This document shows positions 35,001 through 42,379 of a stretch of DNA of 42,379 bases, in pieces. The stretch spans positions 1-42,379 of the forward strand of contig RBZT01000700.1 of assembly GCA_003693705.1 (NCBI GenBank). The letters run 5' to 3'. Made by a program: the position numbers and the translations under genes. Each line of letters begins with the position of its first letter. Position 1 is the stretch's first letter. The notes beneath the pieces were generated by a model. It saw only the letters and a list, made by a program, of their open reading frames with translations, searched no databases and had not been told where the DNA came from. Source of the stretch: Polymyxa betae A26-41. Lineage: Eukaryota > Protista > Endomyxa: Phytomyxea.

Positions 35001-36811
35001 GGCGATCGTGGATCCGCTGCGTGATTCTGTCCAAGACACCGTTCGCCGCCTTCATCAAGCCGGAATCGCGGTCAAGATGATCACGGGTGATTCGATCGGG
35101 ACGGCGTCCGCCATTGCCCGCCAGGCTCGCATACTCTATAACGCCGACCCGTTCACGGCCTGCGTTGAATGCACGGACCTGCAAGCGTTACGTAAAGAGG
35201 TCGACGATCTCTTCTTTCGACAGCTTCTCCTTCTGTACAAATGTCAACCCGTGGTGGCCTCCAACCCGGACTTGCTGCAGAATATCGCGCGATATCTCAA
35301 AGATGGTGATACTCCGGAGTCCGTCGGCACACAGTTCAAAGAAGCTCAGACAGAACTGGATGATTTCGTGGAACGGACTGCAGTGTTCGCACGAGCGCAG
35401 CCTGAAGATAAGGTCAGTTATGTGATGAGGATTGAAACCCTAAAACCCTAACCCTCTTCAGGTCACTATTGTCGAATCTGTACAACGTCGGAAGCATATC
35501 GTGGCCATGACGGGTGATGGTGTCAATGACGCTCCGGCGTTAAAGAAGGCCGATGCCGGAATCGCGGTGAAATCCGCCACGGACTTGGCGAAACGTGCTG
35601 CCCCTGTGAACTTGTTGGATGAGGACTTCACTCGTGTTGGACAGATCATCTGTGAAGGACGTCGTGTCGCATACAACATGGTCAAGGCCGTCTTCTGCAT
35701 GTTCGGGGGAAACGTCGGTGAGCTCGGCCCTTTCTTGGGTCAACTGGGTGGGATTCCCGCACCACTCCGCGGTCTACAGGTCCTCTGGTTAAACGCCAAC
35801 ACCGATATCTTTAATATCACCCCATTTGCCAACGATCAGGTATGACAAGTGGCTTGCTTTCATACTTTTCACAATTTTCCCAATTGCTAAGACACAATTT
35901 TGAATATATTGCGCGGTTAATTTTTCGAGTCTCACATTTTGCGCTTTCGATTTGGCTCTCTTTTACGCACTTTGTTGCGTTGTTATTTTATGCGTGGCCT
36001 TTATTTTCGCTTTCACTTGGCTTACAAATCCGCACTTTTACAATCATTGTGCGGTTTATTTTTACTCTTCGCGCTTTTTTGAGTTTGCGCGTCGCGTTTT
36101 TTTGCTTTCGATTTGTCTTACAGTCACGCACTTTTCTGCGTTTGTGTTTATCTTGTTCAATCCTTGATTGTGCTTGTTCACTGATTGATTCGTTTATAGC
36201 CAGTCCATGACTTGATGGCGGATCTTCCTATATCTCCATCTGCTCCAGTTCTAAAATATTGGCATTGGGTCCAAATTATTGGCATCAACTTGTTGACCAC
36301 CATGTTCTCCTACTTCATCTTACTGTTCGGCAACCGTCGTCTGACCGGAAGCTTTCTCGGACACGTTTCGGATCCTCATTCCACCTCTGCCGCCAGCGCT
36401 TTTGCCTCCATCAGTACTGCTGTCACGACATTCATGGTCGTATCGCAGCTGCTGCTCTCTTATACATGCCGAAATCTCGAGGGGTCCTTCGTCGGAAGGG
36501 AATTCTTCACGAACTGGCCAATGCACGCGGCTATCATCGGATCATCAGCATTGACCATTGGCGTGCCTTTTATCCCAAAAGTCAACCACTATTTGGAGAT
36601 GCATTCTATGCCTTATCTACTCCTGATCGTGGCCCTCGCATGTTCACCATGCTTAATGCTCGGTCATGAAGCTATGAAACTGATCAGGCGCCGCAATGCA
36701 ATTCGTTTCACGGATGAATCTGCTGTTCCTCCCACACCCGATCAAGGCTTATGGAGTTACACAAAAAGCGCTCTATCAACGCTGCGAAGATTGGTGAAGA
36801 GATCCCATTGA
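32031..36811 (+). CDS. Type II P-type cation ATPase, ATP4/ENA(Na+)-like, with N-terminal signal peptide and Ser-rich extension; 8 exons, 1185 aa
   Basis: Exons 32031-32558, 32738-33112, 33336-33635, 33784-34386, 34599-34728, 34781-35412, 35462-35839 and 36200-36811 sum to 3558 nt with no stop. Motifs TGES, IPEGLP, DKTGTLT, KGAPE, MITGD, ARAQPEDK and MTGDGVNDAPALKKAD are present. Confidence 0.92.
33175..33258. repeat. Intronic 21-bp minisatellite
   Basis: Repeated caattYtatcMRaaaagt units in ATPase intron 2. Confidence 0.7.
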
Positions 36812-37194
36812 GCACCAATACTCATAATTACCCAACTTCTTATATACCTTTCTCATTGTAGTTTTTCAAATACACTTTTATATCATTTCCATATCATCTC
36901 TTCTTGCTGTCCTTGTTGGCATGATTTGCTTCGGAAAAGCCTCGCTTACTATAGGAAGCTAATGCCGTAAGCTATCGGAAGCTAATTGCGTTTATTACAT
37001 TGTAGTAACTTTTAAATCAAGCATTTTGGGTCATCTCCAGATATCCAAGTTCTGAAGCTTTGTCAGATCTCCAATAAGAGGTTCATGACTTTGGAAATCT
37101 TCTGGTAAGTGCTTTAGAGAGGTTGTGGAATATGATTTTTACAGCTCTAATTTATGATGAATTGCCTGAAAGTAATATCCCAGTCAACATAAAA

Positions 37195-37427
37195 ATGACA
37201 GAAAATTGACATCATTAATACAATGATGTTCAAGACAGTATAATATTGGTTTTAGAGAAGTTTCGAGATATTCACTCAGATCAGATGATGAATTCAAATT
37301 TGGCTTCTTCACGCAATTATTCACTCGCTGAAGACACTCCAACATACGCTTCTGTGATATACTCAGACAATACAAATAAATTTGAACATAGTAATACCGT
37401 CCCGAATCCTTTCATAGAATATCTCAA
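37195..37427 (-). repeat. Inverted copy of 38972-39206
   Basis: About 235 bp at roughly 85% identity by manual alignment. Translations are SDLSEYLETSLKPILYCLEHHCINDVNF and PDLSEYLQDSLNPILYCLEHHCNNDVNY. Confidence 0.92.
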
Positions 37428-39299
37428 AGACACAGGAGTAAGATTTCTGTATCAGGAAGAAGCCACATCTCTTCTACCTCATACTGGAACGTTATCAAAA
37501 TCTTTATTACACCATACAGATATCGCTCCAGATTTACCTCCTATTCTGGAAACTAGCAATGTAATTCTTTCTTATCAAGTCTCATGTCATAGAAATCTCT
37601 GAGATTTTCGTAATCAGATTGATGAGCCTGTTGAAACTATATACCGGAAACGTCCTCGTATTGAAGAGAAATCATCATCAACAGACATTCAATATTTCTT
37701 CAATCATGATGTTACTGATATTCACGACTATTTCAGTCTCTGCAAGTTTCTGGTGAATTTTTTAGAGCCGTTCTGTCCCTCTATATATTGACTGTAGATT
37801 AGATCAAAGAGCCGAATAATGAAGAACTTCAATCTCTGTCTTCGACTTGTGGTGATACAGATCAATGCTCCATGACAAACTGTCAATTTTTTACCAATGT
37901 GAAAGGACATTATCTGGATGTGAGCGAAATCAGACAAATCCGTTCTGCTCGTTGTACATTACAAAAGCTAATTCTGATTGCGAATCTGTATCGGAAATTG
38001 ATCTGGGCTTCCCGAAAATATGAATGGTCATGGAGGAAGGGTGATGGGATAGTACAGGCCTGGCTGATTCAAGTATGTCGTCCTGTATTACGATGTGTCA
38101 TGGAATGCTGTCAGAAAGATCTCCGGAAGTTTCAGACACTTTGGGGGAATCCCTTCAGTCATTGGGTACTCCAAGAGAAATGTTTCAGAGATGAATGTCG
38201 ATCGAAACCGTAAATTGCCGATCAGTCTATGAATCAGGTCCAAGATAGATCTATTGACCCTCCTGCTCTACAAACTGACCATAATCCGTCCTTAAAACGG
38301 ATGAAGATTTGTTCACCAACAACAAATCTCATGCTGCCAATGTTTAGCGCTCTGCCTGAATTTCTGAAATCGTTAAATTTTGATGTCGAGGAGATCACAG
38401 ATTACATTACACTTTGTGCTTTTCTGGTGAGATTTATTCATATTGAATGCGGAATCTCCCGCTCAATCTTTCATTCAGAAAAAGCAGCCTGATGATAACG
38501 AGTACGCGTTTCTTACTGATACGAACATATTGTTCCCATCAATGGGCAGAAAGCACTCTGTAAGAGACCCCTCTTGATGATGATTTCATATTGACCGAAA
38601 CCTCGGAAATCTCAACTTCGGCAACCACGTTACAGAGATTGATATTGGCGGCCAGTTTATGTCTAAAAATAGCTCGGGCCAAGATTACCGACCCGAAATT
38701 GAACATGAGACGTGAAGGCTGTCGTGATTGGCTGCGGCGAACATGTTACTCAGTACTTTCATGTGTTACAATATGCTGTCAGAATGATCTTCGGGTCTTT
38801 CAATCTCGATGGGGAAATCCGTTCCAGCACAGTCATTTTGGGGAGCTTTGTTATAGGCATAATGGCAAGACTAAACAGTGCGGATTTGAAACTCTCATTA
38901 TCAGTGACAATAAGAAATTCTCCATCAAATCACAACTAGTTCGTGATAGAAGAGACCATGCTCATTGCCTATTGAAATATCCTATGAAAGGATTTGAGAC
39001 GGTAATCCTGTATTCAAGTCTATTTGTAGCGTCTGAATATATCACAGAAGGTCATGTTGATGTGTATTCAGCGAATGAATATTTACGTGAAAAAGCCATA
39101 TTTAAATCCATCACCTGATCTGAGTGAATATCTCCAAGATTCTCTAAATCCAATATTATACTGTCTTGAACATCATTGTAATAATGATGTCAATTATTTC
39201 TGTCATATATTTGGACATTATATAGATCAATATCAATTTCAACAGAATTATTGTCCTGGACCTACTGGACAATGTCCTGCTCTTTCTGCAGTAAATTAG
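37285..39299 (+). pseudogene. Multi-exon gene/pseudogene with three copies of an unrecognised Cys-rich helical domain
   Basis: Inferred introns 37561-37617, 37753-37802, 38427-38478 and 39002-39029. In-frame TAA at 38211 and a further disruption near 38480-38563. The 5' end is uncertain. Confidence 0.6.
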
Positions 39300-40430
39300 T
39301 AAAGTATTGTTCAATTTTTACTCAGCTCTACAAATTTTCACGCAAATTGTTCCAAACAATCAATGACTAAACACAGCCAACAATGTTAACATTCACATAC
39401 AGAATTCGTATGAAGAATATTTCACAGAATTATGCACTGTTCATTACAGGCAACTTTAACAGAAATCATCAACTACACTCAAATCACAAGTTACTAGATG
39501 CATAGTAATACTGAAAAGGCTGTACGAGAATTCGAACTGCTAGTGATGATCGTACGACCACGGAGTCGAACAAAATGTTGAGAGTGCGACTTTACAGGTT
39601 GAGGTTTTAGCATAACCGTTGCGGACCTTTTAATCTATAGTATTTGGAATTCACGAAATCGTTTCCACTTTGTATAGCAAGTGTGAAAAACTTCGCATTT
39701 TTGAGAATATGACCGCAAATCGAACGGTTTTGCGTCGGATTGTTTTGGACGAATTCGCAGATCGGAACTGAGAGGAAACCCTCCTGCTTGATATTGTCAC
39801 ACATAAGTCCATCTATAAGGAAAGCGATAATCTCAGTGGCATCGAACTGAGTGCCAAATTGCACGATTAATCGAGCTCTGTTACTGCGCATGAGATCCCG
39901 AAATCGCGACTTTTGATGAGCTGATTCAGGACCCTAAAAGCCACGTTTGTGCCAAACTATGGCATAGTCGGTTCAAATGGGAACGATAGAAGCCATTGAC
40001 ACTGTTAAGTGTGTCATAAATGGTCCCATGAGACTGAGCTTCATAATGTTCAAACCGTCGATCCATCAATCATCAGCGCCATCTGGAGATATCACTGGAC
40101 GTGACGAAGGGATTCTATCAGAGGAATGGAGTGCGGGAATACAGAGGACGGGAAGCGAGGAGCGACTATCAGATTGACATTCCATGAATCTACGAACTCC
40201 GTATCGATCCTCAGCACGCTCTTACAGACGGTTCAGGAATGTTCCTGTAACAGATATCTAAATAATTCTCAATTCAAAAAGGCCAATAATAGATAATTTT
40301 AATTTGGAGAAAACTTTGACCTGATGAGAGATGATTTCCGTGAAACTTTCATCGAAGATTCTCCAGGCTCCGTAGACTAATCGTCACTGACTCCGTGATG
40401 ATCGAATTTCTTCACTCTTCATTCCTTCTG

Positions 40431-41850
40431 ATGGTCGCGTTCCGTCTCTGCATCGGCGTCGCCGCCGTACTGGTCCTGCCTGGGCTCGGCGCCCTGGTTC
40501 AGGAGGACGCTCTTTGTTCGATGCCGCGACTAGTGAGCGCCGAGGATCGAGCGGCGGCCGCCCTGTTACCGGACACGTTGGAGGTCCTGGTCCAGCACGC
40601 CCTCATCTCGGAGACGTTCTGCGATCTGGTTCGTGATCGGCTTCAGGCAGCGATCCGCAGAGAGATCGTGGAGCCGCTCTTTGACCCGATGCGATTCGAT
40701 ACGGAAGTAACGTCGACATTGCGGATCATGTTACGGGTTCCGGACTCCGAAAACGAAGGAGATCGATCAGGTCTCGTACGCCGATTGAAACGATTGCGAT
40801 CGTCCTTGGTCCGAAGTCCGATTCGCGATCCGCCACGGATTCCGTATCTGATCGAGACTCTGAAATCCTCTCTGACTGAATCCAAGATCATTTATTTAGC
40901 AGAAATATTGTCCGAGTTAGCGACATCTGCGGACTGGAAATTAGTGCAGAAGTCCGTGGAGTTCTTCATCACGGAATGCGATTGTCACGCACTCTGTAAT
41001 TATATGATGGGATACCTGTTAGGTCCGGGATCTGATCTCTACGGACTCACGGACCAGCTACAATCTCTCATTGTTCATGTTCTTAGTCCGCATTATAACC
41101 CATCAATACTCCGTCACTTCCACTCTGTCCTGTCTCGTCTCCAGCCCAGTCGGTCGTACTGGACCAGCACGGAGATTCTGGACAAGTGCGGACGTGCGCT
41201 TCCGCCCCTGCTCCAGCTGTATCTGCGCACCTATAACCAGTACGACCTGCGCGATCATATCGTGAAACGGCATCTGGAAGAAGTCCGTGCGGATCCCGAT
41301 CTGATCTCGTCTCTCTATCAGATTCGGAGTTTGTCTCAAGATCGATCTCGTCCTGCGCATTCCGCAGTTGTCCGTGAGCGAATTCCGCCGCCTCGCTCCG
41401 CTCCTGTTACGGACGTCGTTCGAGGATCTGTTCCCGCAGCTGGTCCATGCGGGCCGGTACGACCTCGTCTTGGAGCTGTTCCGACTTCGCGGTCTGGTCC
41501 GTGGCAACTTTCGTGTCATGCAGCCTGTATGGGCGTATCTGTCATGTTTGGTGACTATTAAATTAGGCCGTGGCGATATAGTTGATGGGTTCCTCTCCAT
41601 TCCGTTCACCACGACCAGAATTCGGCGCAACCTTCACGCACTCCGTAGATACGATCCACAACGGATATCGGGACATAATCGGGAATCGCTCGACCTGCTC
41701 TACCGACTGTTACAGAGCCGGTACGACCAGCTCCGTGATGAATTCGCGCACCTGTCGGAGATGCCACTGGATCGCGACGAGGTCGTACTGGACCACGAGG
41801 CGTTTCTCGCGGTCCTGGATGAGCCCCATCCGCGCCAAACTTATCTGTGA
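40431..41850 (+). pseudogene. Predicted secreted Leu-rich protein with one frameshift near 41370 (pseudogene or sequence indel)
   Basis: Signal-like MVAFRLCIGVAAVLVLPGLGA. Protein-like composition passes from frame 40395 to frame 41368 (SEFRRLAPLLLR...HPRQTYL-TGA). Confidence 0.65.
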
Positions 41851-42379
41851 GTTGAGAATGCAAACCCTAACCCTAATATAGAATGTAACGAATCCGTGAG
41901 AATCCGATACTTGTCTCGCCGAAAAAGCGATTAGCAACAATTCAATGCATTTAAAGTCTGTCATACAAGCCCCAAAGGACGCTGGTGGACGGCCCCTGCC
42001 AAAAAGATCCGACGGTACAAATGTGAAATGAACGAGTCATGCAGAATGGAGGGTGAAATAGAAGTAGGAATGCCCGACGATCAAAAAGGCTGTAACAACT
42101 AATGAGTTAAGAAGTATTTCCCGCGTTGTAGGAATCTGTTGACAAACCTGCGCTTCCAGAATAACTGCGTGACCCTGTGCACCAAGTACTACTGTACTCT
42201 ACACTTTCTCATTTAGTCATTTACAAGATTTTTACTTTATAAGCGCGCGATATTTACTTTACCTAAAATATCTAAATAAATCTAACTAACTTCTTCAATC
42301 ACCTGTTTTTGCAAAGACGGTTTCCTGGATTAGCTATCTCAACCACTCAGCAGAATCGTGTTAAGTAAGCGATGTCAAC

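Noticed and set aside
38211-38563. Stop-codon reassignment (TAA/TAG as Gln, or TGA as sense) to explain in-frame stops
   Set aside because: Intact genes end in TAA (lipase, M16, Myb) and TGA (PNP, ATPase), and the 1185-codon ATPase has no internal stops.
41862-41876. Chromosome end or true telomere
   Set aside because: Only about two repeat units with unique sequence beyond; all such motifs in the window are short and interstitial.

Overview
This is eukaryotic DNA from an intron-rich microbial genome. It has GT-AG spliceosomal introns and many short interstitial (C)CCTAA(A)/TTTAGGG telomere-like repeats. A phytomyxid- or oomycete-like parasite is plausible but cannot be shown from the window. 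Two conserved multi-exon genes anchor it: an M16 (HXXEH) metallopeptidase (7123-13496, -) and a type II P-type ATPase resembling ATP4/ENA Na+ pumps (32031-36811, +). Around them lies an accessory, effector-like landscape: a nucleoside-phosphorylase-domain protein next to a class 3 lipase, a Myb/SANT-like gene, copia and hAT remnants, and several signal-peptide genes, most of them disrupted. The main observations are: (1) clean splicing joins a signal-peptide plus Ser-rich exon in frame to the P-type ATPase, giving an 1185-aa pump with a predicted signal peptide; (2) telomere-like repeats occupy intron branch-point positions and rearrangement junctions; (3) a secreted protein with two tandem F-box units lies between long degenerate inverted repeats that carry a tRNA T-arm; (4) an unrecognised Cys-rich domain is repeated three times in a gene bracketed by an antisense copy of its own 3' end. 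No rRNA, complete tRNA or CRISPR array was found. All family assignments come from motif recognition by eye, not from database searches.
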